Source of the DNA: Planctomycetota bacterium
Lineage (GTDB): Bacteria; Planctomycetota; Phycisphaerae; UBA1845
Length of the DNA stretch: 32,000 bases
Direction: 5' to 3'
Assembly (NCBI GenBank): GCA_030616775.1
Contig: JAUWWQ010000046.1
Span: forward strand, 1-32,000
Part shown: one piece after another, positions 17,076 to 25,479 of the stretch
Numbering within the stretch: the first letter of the stretch is position 1
Layout: every line of letters starts with the position of its first letter
Notes under the pieces: generated by a model
What the model was told of the DNA's origin: nothing
The model's input: the letters and a program-made list of their open reading frames with translations, nothing else
Databases searched by the model: none
Program-made: the position numbers and the translations under genes

Positions 17076-17705
17076 CTACGGGGCACAGCGAATCCGTCGA
17101 CTCAGCCTATCGTAGAACTGCAAGGCGACGGCCTGCTCGGCCTTGATTACGTCGTCGGCGCCTAGCTGTGCGGCCTTCATGCCCTTGGACGAGTAGTTCG
17201 TGCGGGCGATGATGTAAATCTCGGGTCGCAGACGACGTGCCAGTGACGTGGCCTTCAAAACCGCATCTTCATCCGGAATGGTCAGGGCTACAATGACAGC
17301 GGTGTTCAAGCCGGCTTCCACCAGCGTACCGGCGTCCGTGGCATCACCTTCCATGATGTCGCGGCCCAAGGCACGCTGTGTCTCCACAGTGACAGGGTTT
17401 CTCTCGATGATCGTGTAGGGTAGCTTGGCCCGATCAAGCAAATCGGCCACACACCGGCCCGCTAAGCCAAACCCGACAATAATGACGTGGCCGTCAATGT
17501 CAGCCTTCGCTTCCGGCGGCAAAGGGGTCACGACCAGCCGGGTCCCTTCCGCCCAATCAGGGTAACCCTCCACCTGGACCCGCCCGTCCTGATATGTACC
17601 CGTGTAGGACTGCTCGGAGGTCAGGTTCAATGGGGGTCTCCCGGCCATAGGTTCGTTCCCATTCACGGGCGTAAACCGCACCCCAACCTCGCCTATCCCC
17701 TCCAT
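17076..17705 (-). CDS. TrkA-N (RCK) domain NAD-binding protein
   Basis: 209 aa; DGHVIIVGFGLAGRCVADLLDRAKLPYTIIERNPVTVE...GDATDAGTLVEAGL...ADDVIKAEQAVA. Confidence 0.88.
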   Translation of the reverse strand: MEGIGEVGVRFTPVNGNEPMAGRPPLNLTSEQSYTGTYQDGRVQVEGYPDWAEGTRLVVTPLPPEAKADIDGHVIIVGFGLAGRCVADLLDRAKLPYTIIERNPVTVETQRALGRDIMEGDATDAGTLVEAGLNTAVIVALTIPDEDAVLKATSLARRLRPEIYIIARTNYSSKGMKAAQLGADDVIKAEQAVALQFYDRLSRRIRCAP

Positions 17706-17732
17706 TCATATCGACGCGATTGGTTCAGGATG

Positions 17733-19130
17733 TTACAAGGGCTGGGCGGAGAACTTTCGCATGGCCTCCGCGATGAGGTAGAACGAGCCGGTGATGCAGA
17801 TCACGTCTTCCCGAGTGATCGCACTCACTGCGATCCTCATGGCCTCCTCGAGCGTTTCGGCCACCTGGGCCATTTTGCCCGAACTCTCCGTGTATAGGGC
17901 AGCGAGCTCGGCTGGATCGGCCGATCGTGGCGATCCCGTGCTGACGAAGATCATCTTGTCGGCCCCGAGCTGCAGCCGGCGGAGCATGCCCGGGATGTCC
18001 TTGTCCTTTTGGCAGCCGAAAATCACGATCATCGAGTCGTACGGAATATGCTGCCCCGTCGCCCTCATCAACGCGTTGATGCTCGCAGCATTGTGGGCAC
18101 CATCGACAAGAATTCGCGGCTCCTCACAGATGATCTGCATCCGTCCCGGCAAGCGGACGTTCGCCAACCCGGATATCGCTTGCTGGTCGTCGATCGAGAA
18201 GCCACGGGACTTGAGCATGTCCAAAATGTTCAGCGCGACGCTGCAGTTGGTTGCCTGATGCTCCCCGAACAGCGGCACTAGCACGTGCTCAAACCGGCTC
18301 GTCGCGGTAGTCATGCAGATCCGGGCGTGGCGACCCGCAGAGCGCGAAAACTCGAAGCGGTAGCTGAAGTCAACTTCTTCGTTCGAGAACCGCAACGGCG
18401 CGTCTACCGCTGCGGCGGCCTCGCGGATCAGCTCCTTCACACTCGCCACCTGCGGTGCGCTTACCACCGGGACCCGTTTTTTGATGATTGCCGCCTTCTC
18501 CTTGGCGATCGAGGACAGATCTTCGCCAAGCTGCAGAGTGTGGTCACGGCTGATGCTGGTCAGCCCAATGACCTCCGGCGAGAGGACGTTGGTCGCGTCC
18601 AGTCGGCCGCCCAGACCAGTCTCGACAACCGCAACATCCACCTCCGCGGTCGCGAAATAGTGAAACCCTGCGGCTGTCAGAACCTCGAAGTAGGTCGGGT
18701 TGGGTACACGAGCTTTGGCCGTAATGTTCACAACGGCCCCAACAGCTTTGGCAAAGGCGCTCTCCGAGATCATCTTGCCGTCGACAATGATCCGCTCACG
18801 GATGCTCAGCAAGTGCGGCGAGGTGTACAGACCCACCTTGAATCCGGAGGCCCGAAGCATCTCAGCCAGCATCGTAGCCGTGCTGCCCTTCCCCTTGGTC
18901 CCCGCAATGTGGATTGACTTGAACGACCGGTGCGGATTGCCAAGGGCGCTCAGCAATCGGTTCATTCTTGCAAGATTGAAATTATTCGGCGTGTACTGCA
19001 TGCGGGGTGCCCGCTCATAGTTGACGAGCGAGTCCAGATAATTAACCGCCGAACGAAAGGTTCTAATCTGTCGAGGGGTCGGCGTAATCTTGGACGGACT
19101 TTTTGGTCTGGCGATCGTAGCTCTAGTCAT
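17733..19130 (-). CDS. folC: Bifunctional folylpolyglutamate synthase / dihydrofolate synthase
   Basis: 465-aa ORF; VAGTKGKGST-like HIAGTKGKGSTATMLAEMLRASG, VGLYTSPHL, VVETGLGGRLDATN, LVDGAHN. Start likely at MQYTPNNFNLARMNRLL or MRTPRQIRTF-type downstream site. Confidence 0.9.
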   Translation of the reverse strand: MTRATIARPKSPSKITPTPRQIRTFRSAVNYLDSLVNYERAPRMQYTPNNFNLARMNRLLSALGNPHRSFKSIHIAGTKGKGSTATMLAEMLRASGFKVGLYTSPHLLSIRERIIVDGKMISESAFAKAVGAVVNITAKARVPNPTYFEVLTAAGFHYFATAEVDVAVVETGLGGRLDATNVLSPEVIGLTSISRDHTLQLGEDLSSIAKEKAAIIKKRVPVVSAPQVASVKELIREAAAAVDAPLRFSNEEVDFSYRFEFSRSAGRHARICMTTATSRFEHVLVPLFGEHQATNCSVALNILDMLKSRGFSIDDQQAISGLANVRLPGRMQIICEEPRILVDGAHNAASINALMRATGQHIPYDSMIVIFGCQKDKDIPGMLRRLQLGADKMIFVSTGSPRSADPAELAALYTESSGKMAQVAETLEEAMRIAVSAITREDVICITGSFYLIAEAMRKFSAQPL

Positions 19131-19371
19131 ATGCGGGGGGATTCTACTACGCTTTTACGATTTCGTCAACACGGAATAACCGATAAACTCCGCATTGTTC
19201 ACCCTGGTTATCACAGTCCGATCGCGCCGTAACCTATTTCATGGCAATGCCTTAGGGACTTTTTCGCGCCTCACCGGCTTCTCCGGCATGGGGCCTTAGG
19301 GCAACTGAAGGCCAATATCTTGTACGTTCAACCGTCAGCCAGGTGCAATCTCTGTCCCTGGAGTGACAATC

Positions 19372-19399
19372 TTGACAAGATTTTACGTTGTTTTATAGG
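19372..19399 (+). promoter_or_regulatory. Candidate promoter upstream of aroB
   Basis: TTGACA (19372-19377), 16-nt spacer, TATAGG (19394-19399) in an AT-rich stretch. Confidence 0.5.
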
Positions 19400-19463
19400 A
19401 CTATATAGCGGATCCGGGTAAACTAATGCCCCGATCAATTCCCATTCGTACCGCGACCGTGCC

Positions 19464-20585
19464 TTGAGAACTGGTACAATGGATCCGATGTTCGATCTAC
19501 AAATCCAATTCGAGGACCAGGCGACCAGAGTTGCAGTCCGGCTTGATGTCCTTCATCAACTTGGGTCGCTATTGGCCCAGTTGACTCCCAGATCGCCGCG
19601 GCCGGATGTGCTTCTGATCACCGACCGGCACGTCGGCCGGTTGTACCGCCCCTCTGTGGCAGAATCCCTCCACGAGGCGGGGTTTAAGACGCTCGATTTC
19701 CAGATCGAACCGGGCGAGGCCTCAAAGTGCTTCGAAGTGGTGAGTGAGGTTTACCGATACCTGGCCGGTCACAGTGTCGCCCGCGACGCGGTCATCATCG
19801 CGCTCGGTGGGGGAGTCGTGAGTGACCTGGCCGGGTTCGTCGCAGCCACTTGGATGCGCGGCATCCGGTTTGTCGTCTGCCCCACAACATTGGAAGCGGA
19901 CGTCGATGCGTCCATAGGCGGCAAGACCGCGATCAACGTGCCGGGCGGGAAGAACCTGGTCGGCGCGTTTCATCATCCTATTCTCGTTGCTGTGGACCCG
20001 GCGTGCCTCAAGACCCTGGAGGACCGCGATGTAAGGGCCGGGCTGGCCGAATCCGTCAAACACGCCCTGATCTCATCCGACCAATTCCTCACCTGGCATG
20101 AAGCCAACGTGGACGCCATCCTCGCCCTCGATGACCCCACAACCGTCGAGCTGATCCTGGAGAACCTTCGGATCAAGGCCAACATCGTCGAGAAAGACGC
20201 CCATGAGCGGACCGGTTTGCGCATGCTTCTGAACTTCGGCCATACCATTGGCCACGCGATCGAAGAATGCTGCCAATTCACATTGCGGCACGGGGAATGC
20301 GTGTCATTGGGTATGGTGGCTGCGTGCCGACTCTCCCACGCTATGGGTCTACTGGACGAATCGGTTGTCCATCGCGCCGAGACGATCCTTGCACGTTTTG
20401 GACTGCCAACGGAGCTGACGGATCCCATCGACGCCGACCGGATCGTGGCCACTATTCGCAAGGACAAGAAGATCCATGGTGGCGCCGAACACTTCGTCCT
20501 TTTGGAGGATATAGGCCGCCCCATCGTTCGCGATGACATCCCTGAGCAAGCAGTGCGCGACGCCTATGAGTCGCTACTGCCATAG
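19464..20585 (+). CDS. aroB: 3-dehydroquinate synthase
   Basis: 373 aa; GGGVVSDLAGFVAATWMRGIRFVVCPTTLEADVDASIGGKTAINVPGGKNLVGAFHHP...LNFGHTIGHAIE...HGECVSLGM. Confidence 0.95.
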   Translation: MRTGTMDPMFDLQIQFEDQATRVAVRLDVLHQLGSLLAQLTPRSPRPDVLLITDRHVGRLYRPSVAESLHEAGFKTLDFQIEPGEASKCFEVVSEVYRYLAGHSVARDAVIIALGGGVVSDLAGFVAATWMRGIRFVVCPTTLEADVDASIGGKTAINVPGGKNLVGAFHHPILVAVDPACLKTLEDRDVRAGLAESVKHALISSDQFLTWHEANVDAILALDDPTTVELILENLRIKANIVEKDAHERTGLRMLLNFGHTIGHAIEECCQFTLRHGECVSLGMVAACRLSHAMGLLDESVVHRAETILARFGLPTELTDPIDADRIVATIRKDKKIHGGAEHFVLLEDIGRPIVRDDIPEQAVRDAYESLLP

Positions 20586-20621
20586 CGTGGCACCACCTCA
20601 GATAGGTTGAATAGCCTGCGT

Positions 20622-20641
20622 GACAGGCTGGAAAGCCTGTC
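20622..20641. terminator. Hairpin between convergent aroB and maf
   Basis: GACAGGCT-GGAA-AGCCTGTC perfect 8-bp stem with 4-nt loop; no T-tract. Confidence 0.35.
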
Positions 20642-20664
20642 CCACATGTGTTCTGAGCCTGATC

Positions 20665-21318
20665 CTATGGGTCGGTTCTACGTGCGGTCGGGCCGGCGGG
20701 GTCTTCGCCGGCCTGAATCCCCCATTGGCCCAGCATGCGGGCCACCAGCTCCATAGGAAACCCGACCACGTTGGCAAAGCTGCCCTCGATCCGTTCGACG
20801 AAGGCGTCGCCGTGGTCCTGGATACCGTAGGCGCCTGCCTTGCCGGCCCACGCCCCGGTATCGAGATAGGCTTCAAGCTGGGTCTCGGACATCGGCTTCA
20901 TGGTCACGGCTGTTAGGTCATGCTGTATCAGTCGCGCTTCGGTTGAGGCGTCGAGCAACGTCACACCGGTTATTACGTCGTGCGTTGTACCGGAAAGCGC
21001 GGACAGAATGATTCGGGCGTCGTTGCGGTCCACGGGTTTCCCGAATACCCGGCCGCTTAACGACACGACTGTGTCACCCGCCAGGATTACACCATCCGTA
21101 ATGAGTGTTGCCACGCTTCGCGCCTTGAAGTAGCTAAGTGCCTCGGCTCGTTGCGCCGGTGTCAGTCCCTCGCCCAAGGACGCCGGCTCCGGTATGTGTG
21201 GCTCGATAACCTCGAATTTATAGCCGTAGTCGCGCATCAAGGCTGTGCGGCGCGGGCTGTTCGAGGCGAGGATAAGCCGCGAAGCCCGCAACGTCCTGTC
21301 GGCAACGTCATCTGACAT
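20665..21318 (-). CDS. Maf-like nucleoside triphosphate pyrophosphatase
   Basis: RLILASNSPRRTALMRDYGYKFEVIEP...ILAGDTVVSLSGRVFGKP...HDVITGVTL...EGSFANVVGFPMELV. Called ORF extends to 21468 through a duplicated intergenic repeat, so the start is placed near 21318. Confidence 0.9.
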   Translation of the reverse strand: MSDDVADRTLRASRLILASNSPRRTALMRDYGYKFEVIEPHIPEPASLGEGLTPAQRAEALSYFKARSVATLITDGVILAGDTVVSLSGRVFGKPVDRNDARIILSALSGTTHDVITGVTLLDASTEARLIQHDLTAVTMKPMSETQLEAYLDTGAWAGKAGAYGIQDHGDAFVERIEGSFANVVGFPMELVARMLGQWGIQAGEDPAGPTARRTDP

Positions 21319-21387
21319 GAGCATGCACCCGATCGCTGAATACCCGTACTCACGCGCTAGAACGTACCATACCTCGCTGCCCCTAAG
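21319..21387. repeat. Direct repeat copy 1 (69 bp)
   Basis: GAGCATGCACCCGATCGCTGAATACCCGTACTCACGCG...CCTAAG; a second copy begins 144 bp downstream. Confidence 0.85.
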
Positions 21388-21397
21388 CTGTGCCGAG

Positions 21398-21415
21398 TCC
21401 CGATGTACATCGGGA
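21398..21415. repeat. Perfect 18-bp palindrome
   Basis: TCCCGATGTACATCGGGA. Confidence 0.8.
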
Positions 21416-21433
21416 TTCTCAGCACCTGCCAGA

Positions 21434-21457
21434 GGACCGAGAAGGGATTCTCGGTCC
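21434..21457. repeat. Perfect inverted repeat / hairpin
   Basis: GGACCGAGAA-GGGA-TTCTCGGTCC. Confidence 0.8.
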
Positions 21458-21462
21458 AGCGA

Positions 21463-21531
21463 GAGCATGCACCCGATCGCTGAATACCCCTACTCACGCG
21501 CCCAGAGCGTACCACACCTCGCCAGCCTAAG
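21463..21531. repeat. Direct repeat copy 2 (69 bp)
   Basis: GAGCATGCACCCGATCGCTGAATACCCCTACTCACGCG...CCTAAG. Confidence 0.85.
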
Positions 21532-21746
21532 TCCACGCGAGCCGGGACGCTACAGCAGGCTTCGTTTTTACGTAGCGGCCGCCGAGGTTGGGAATTTATA
21601 CCCCGCGGGGTCTCGGAGACGGCTGTCAAGAATCAATACCATACATTTGGTTCCGTACCAGGCCTTTCCGAGAACCCATTATCGATTTTTTCTCAACCTC
21701 GCCCCCCGTGGCGGCCATAGCCAGTTGCTACATTTCCGTGATTCTA

Positions 21747-21768
21747 CGGCCGGCAGAGGCGCCGGCCG
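21747..21768. repeat. GC-rich inverted repeat
   Basis: CGGCCGGC-AGAGGC-GCCGGCCG. Confidence 0.75.
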
Positions 21769-21828
21769 CTACAACTTCATGTGTGGCTGTCTGCGGGGTC
21801 GCTACACAATAACCGAGAATGCTGTAGA

Positions 21829-23547
21829 TCAACCCCCGGCCCGTCGCAAGATTGTGATCGTGGGGCTGATCTTGCCGGGGACCGGGGCGCCCCAACCGGC
21901 GAGGCTCAACCAGGAAGAGCCTGTACCGAGATAATGACCCTTGAATGTCGCGACAGGCTGGTAGCCAAACCGACCCGCAAGCAGATCTTTCATGCAGGTC
22001 CTTTGCTGGCTGTTGAAGTCGTCGTAGTTATAGCTCGTCAAGATCAGATAGTCGGGCTGAGGTCTCTCAAAGGCATCGCGGGTCATGGCTACTGAATACG
22101 TCGGGCAGCCAAGGTCACCGAGCCGCGGCAGGTATTGCGGCTTGGAAAACGCGCCCACGCTCGAGGACGGCTCGACATTATCTGCGAGCCAGGCCTCCGC
22201 CGCGTATCGGGAATCTCTGAGCATCTCTGCATCGATTGCCGCCGCATAGCCGATCGTAAGCAAGAAGATCATGCATGGGACGCCCCAGCGGACCTCCGTG
22301 GCCACGTCCTTCCACCGAAGCCACGCCGCTGTGGTCACGCCCACTAAAACGCAGACCAAGGCCATCGGCGGAAACAAGAAACGCGCGTAGACAAAGTTGA
22401 TCTGGGCGATGACGGCCACATAGTAAATTGCAGCCGGAAGCAGCATCACTAATGTCAGCCGGACGTGTCTGCGCACGGCGTACACGACGGCGACGATCAT
22501 GACCGCCAGCATCGGCCAACCCACCCCGCCGGCGGCAAAGTGCAGCGTTCCCAGCAGAAGCCCAAGCTGATTGGGATACCGGTATTCCCCGGCAAGCACG
22601 GAATCAGAGGCGGGAGCAACCCAGTATCTGATCCGTGCGAGGTAACCATCCGGGTTGTCAAGAACGCCGTTGATGACCAGGTACGGCAAGGCAAATGCAG
22701 CCAGCCCCACAACCCATCGCGGCTGCAACAGGACCGAGGTCAGGGCGCGCCACCATGGTCGGGTTATCCGCCGTCGGTGCGTCTCGGCTATGAGCAGGAC
22801 AATCGCCATACCGGGAAAGACGGCGGCCGCGGCATCTTTCGTACACGCCGCCAACGAGGCAAACAAGCCAAGCCACAGGCAGCTCACCCACGAAGACGAC
22901 TGGACCGCTTTGGCGTAGAAGTACACGCTCCACGCAAACCAGCACATAGACGGGATGTCCACGTTTCCCAGATGCGCGAAATAGGTAAACGCGGCGCCGC
23001 TGATCAGCGCTACCGCGGCTGCCAGCGCAGCGGTGTCATCGCAAGTAAGCTGCCGCGTCGCCGCCCACAGGCCCAGCCCGGTCGCGATCGCCATTGCCAC
23101 TGTAATGGCCCGGGCAATCAGAATCAGCAAGCCCACCTTCGGGGCGTGGGGCGGTTTGAGCACCACCCGACCGGTCTGAGGATCAACGACCCGTTGTCCG
23201 GTGTGCTCCCAATACTCAAGGACCGGTTCGTAGGCGGCTCGCAGTATCAAATAGTGCAGTGGGGGATAGCGACCCTTCCATTGATCCGGCCAGCCCTCCA
23301 CCGCACCGATTGCACGATAGGCTGCGATCGTATCCTGGCTCCACGAGCTGGTACCCGGCAGGCCCCAGGTTATGCCAGGCAAGTAAAGAGCCAGTCCGAG
23401 AATCACAATCGCCAAAGGGGCGGCAAACCGGCGTAGGTTTACGGTGTCAGCCAAACGGCTCGAAGCGCCTTTTGAAGAGCCGTTGTTCGACGATTGTCGT
23501 GTCCGGACCTCGTCACTCATACGGTGCGCATCGGTCAACCGCTTCAT
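21829..23547 (-). CDS. Multi-TM glycosyltransferase family 39/ArnT-like membrane protein
   Basis: LAIVILGLALYLPGITWGLPGTSSWSQDTIAAYRAI...YPPLHYLIL...many TM helices. ORF is called to 23865 but ATG at 23547 overlaps the upstream stop (ATGA), so that start is preferred. Confidence 0.8.
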   Translation of the reverse strand: MKRLTDAHRMSDEVRTRQSSNNGSSKGASSRLADTVNLRRFAAPLAIVILGLALYLPGITWGLPGTSSWSQDTIAAYRAIGAVEGWPDQWKGRYPPLHYLILRAAYEPVLEYWEHTGQRVVDPQTGRVVLKPPHAPKVGLLILIARAITVAMAIATGLGLWAATRQLTCDDTAALAAAVALISGAAFTYFAHLGNVDIPSMCWFAWSVYFYAKAVQSSSWVSCLWLGLFASLAACTKDAAAAVFPGMAIVLLIAETHRRRITRPWWRALTSVLLQPRWVVGLAAFALPYLVINGVLDNPDGYLARIRYWVAPASDSVLAGEYRYPNQLGLLLGTLHFAAGGVGWPMLAVMIVAVVYAVRRHVRLTLVMLLPAAIYYVAVIAQINFVYARFLFPPMALVCVLVGVTTAAWLRWKDVATEVRWGVPCMIFLLTIGYAAAIDAEMLRDSRYAAEAWLADNVEPSSSVGAFSKPQYLPRLGDLGCPTYSVAMTRDAFERPQPDYLILTSYNYDDFNSQQRTCMKDLLAGRFGYQPVATFKGHYLGTGSSWLSLAGWGAPVPGKISPTITILRRAGG

Positions 23548-24737
23548 ATAGAAGGGTGCGTACCTTGCAGTCTCTGGGCGCATTTCTGACAGGAATCCAT
23601 CACCCGCAGCACGTTTTCGCCGAGCATCTTCCCCAGGTCCACTTCGCCATATCCACGGCGAAGCAGCTCGGCCGTCAGATTCGCCAGCTTGGAGCAATCC
23701 TCCATGCCCGCCGGTAAGGCCGGCACCCCGTCGAAATCCGACCCGATGCCTACATGGTCCGGACCGATCAGTTGCATCGCATGGTCGAAATGATCGGCGA
23801 GCACGGACAAAGGAGTGACATGCCCTGACACCGGATTGCGTGAGAGACCACCGCTGGCATGCCATTGTCGAACCACGTCCGGGTCAATCGGTGGACACTT
23901 CGGATCGACAAAGGGCACCGAGAAGTTGATCTGAACGACACCGCCGGATTCGGCGATCGCCCGCATCATCTCGTCGGTCAGGTTACGGCGATGCGGCGAC
24001 ACCGCACGGCAGGACGAATGGGTCGCCACGATAGGAGCGGCCGACGTTTTGACAACATCCCGGAACGTATCATCGCTGACGTGTGACACGTCCACCATCA
24101 TGCCCAGCCGGTTGAGCTCCCGCACCACACTCCGCCCGAACGAGGTGAGGCCGTCGTGCAGCGGCGCGAGTGGCTCATGCACACCGGATGAATCCGCCCA
24201 ACTGGTATGAACCGCGTGGGTCAGCGTCAGATAGGCAGCACCCAGACTATGATACTCGCGCAAGATATCCAACGAGTCCTCGATGAGATGGCCACCCTCT
24301 ATGGCGACAATAATGGCGATGCGCCCATCATCCCCGGCCTTTCGTACCTCCGCCGCGGTTCGCGCAGAGGAGAGGTGAGCATTGTGACGACGAATGGTGT
24401 CGTGGATCCGCTCGATCTGGGCCTGGGCGGTGGTATACCCCATGCCGGGTTCGAGGGGTGCGGGTGCAAAGACCGCAAGGAACACGGCGTCAATGCCTCC
24501 CGCCTGTAAGCGCGAGATGTCGACGTGGCCGGCCTGGTGGCGCTCGGCGAAGTCAAAGCCGTCATCCATGAGTCGCTGCGTGGTGTCGCAGTGGGTGTCC
24601 ACAACGACCACGCTTTCATGCAGGCGCCGCGCACGGATGAGATATTCGTCCATCGTGCTGTCCATGAAGGCGGATTGTAGCACCTTTGCACATGGCCGTA
24701 TCGATACTGGGAAGACGGTCCGGGGGTTTGCAGACAT
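23544..24737 (-). CDS. Membrane dipeptidase (peptidase M19, renal dipeptidase family)
   Basis: VVVDTHCDTTQRLMDDG, HQAGHVDISRLQAGGIDAVFLAVF, IEGGHLIEDSLDILREYHSLGAAYLTLTH, DVSHVSDDTF, SHSSCRAVSPHRRNLTDEM, DHVGIGSDFDGV. Confidence 0.93.
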   Translation of the reverse strand: MSANPRTVFPVSIRPCAKVLQSAFMDSTMDEYLIRARRLHESVVVVDTHCDTTQRLMDDGFDFAERHQAGHVDISRLQAGGIDAVFLAVFAPAPLEPGMGYTTAQAQIERIHDTIRRHNAHLSSARTAAEVRKAGDDGRIAIIVAIEGGHLIEDSLDILREYHSLGAAYLTLTHAVHTSWADSSGVHEPLAPLHDGLTSFGRSVVRELNRLGMMVDVSHVSDDTFRDVVKTSAAPIVATHSSCRAVSPHRRNLTDEMMRAIAESGGVVQINFSVPFVDPKCPPIDPDVVRQWHASGGLSRNPVSGHVTPLSVLADHFDHAMQLIGPDHVGIGSDFDGVPALPAGMEDCSKLANLTAELLRRGYGEVDLGKMLGENVLRVMDSCQKCAQRLQGTHPSI

Positions 24738-24949
24738 AGCGTACCTGTGCTGGCGAGGCCACCCTTATTGGACCTTTATAGCCTTCGGTCGCCAAACCAC
24801 ACAGCCCCGCGGCGACCGATAAATTTGCGAAGGTTAGCGGTCATTCTGCTCGATATGTAGAGCGGTAATAGGACCAAGAGGAGCCCGGCTCGGTTCTATC
24901 CGTCCGGGAAGAGTCCCCGATTTGCCGACTGACACCAAGGAGCTTACAG

Positions 24950-25471
24950 ATGTTGGGAACGTACCGTCTTCTAATTGTGGTAGCGACACTGCCGGCAGCG
25001 GCCGCCGCCTGTAACAAGCTGCACACGACCACAGACTTGCAGACCTCGCGCATGGATGACTCGCGTCAGGCTTACGGAGCGCATCTTACCTACATGGTCG
25101 ACAACGCCATGCTGCATGACATGTCGGTGGCGGATATCCACTTTATCCCGCACACCGGCGAAATCAGCGGTGTCGGCGAAGTCAGACTCAACCGGCTGGC
25201 GAAACTCCTCAACACTTACGGAGGTACGCTCCGTTACGAAACGCTGCTGGATGATGAAGCACTGGTCAAGCAGCGACTTGAACACACCCGCGAATACCTG
25301 GCCCTGACCGGGTGCGACATGGAGCGCGTCCAGGTAGTCGTAATGATGTCGGGCGGACGGGGCATGCCCGGTGACGAGGCCGTCGAGAAATTCGAGAAAG
25401 GCACCGAACAAGAGACCGACAGCGGCTCATCCCCCCTGACGCTAGTCCCAGGTTCATCAGGCAACCAGTAA
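24950..25471 (+). CDS. Hypothetical small lipoprotein-like exported protein
   Basis: 173 aa; N-terminus MLGTYRLLIVVATLPAAAAACNK looks like a signal peptide with a Cys; ORF just upstream of the TPR lipoprotein. Confidence 0.65.
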   Translation: MLGTYRLLIVVATLPAAAAACNKLHTTTDLQTSRMDDSRQAYGAHLTYMVDNAMLHDMSVADIHFIPHTGEISGVGEVRLNRLAKLLNTYGGTLRYETLLDDEALVKQRLEHTREYLALTGCDMERVQVVVMMSGGRGMPGDEAVEKFEKGTEQETDSGSSPLTLVPGSSGNQ

Positions 25472-25479
25472 GGAAGAAG

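Noticed and set aside
21319-21531. CRISPR array
   Set aside because: Only two long copies with one spacer-sized gap containing hairpins, not a regular short repeat-spacer series; no cas genes.
22465-23436. 323-aa plus-strand ORF
   Set aside because: Antisense to the membrane glycosyltransferase, with no recognisable domain.
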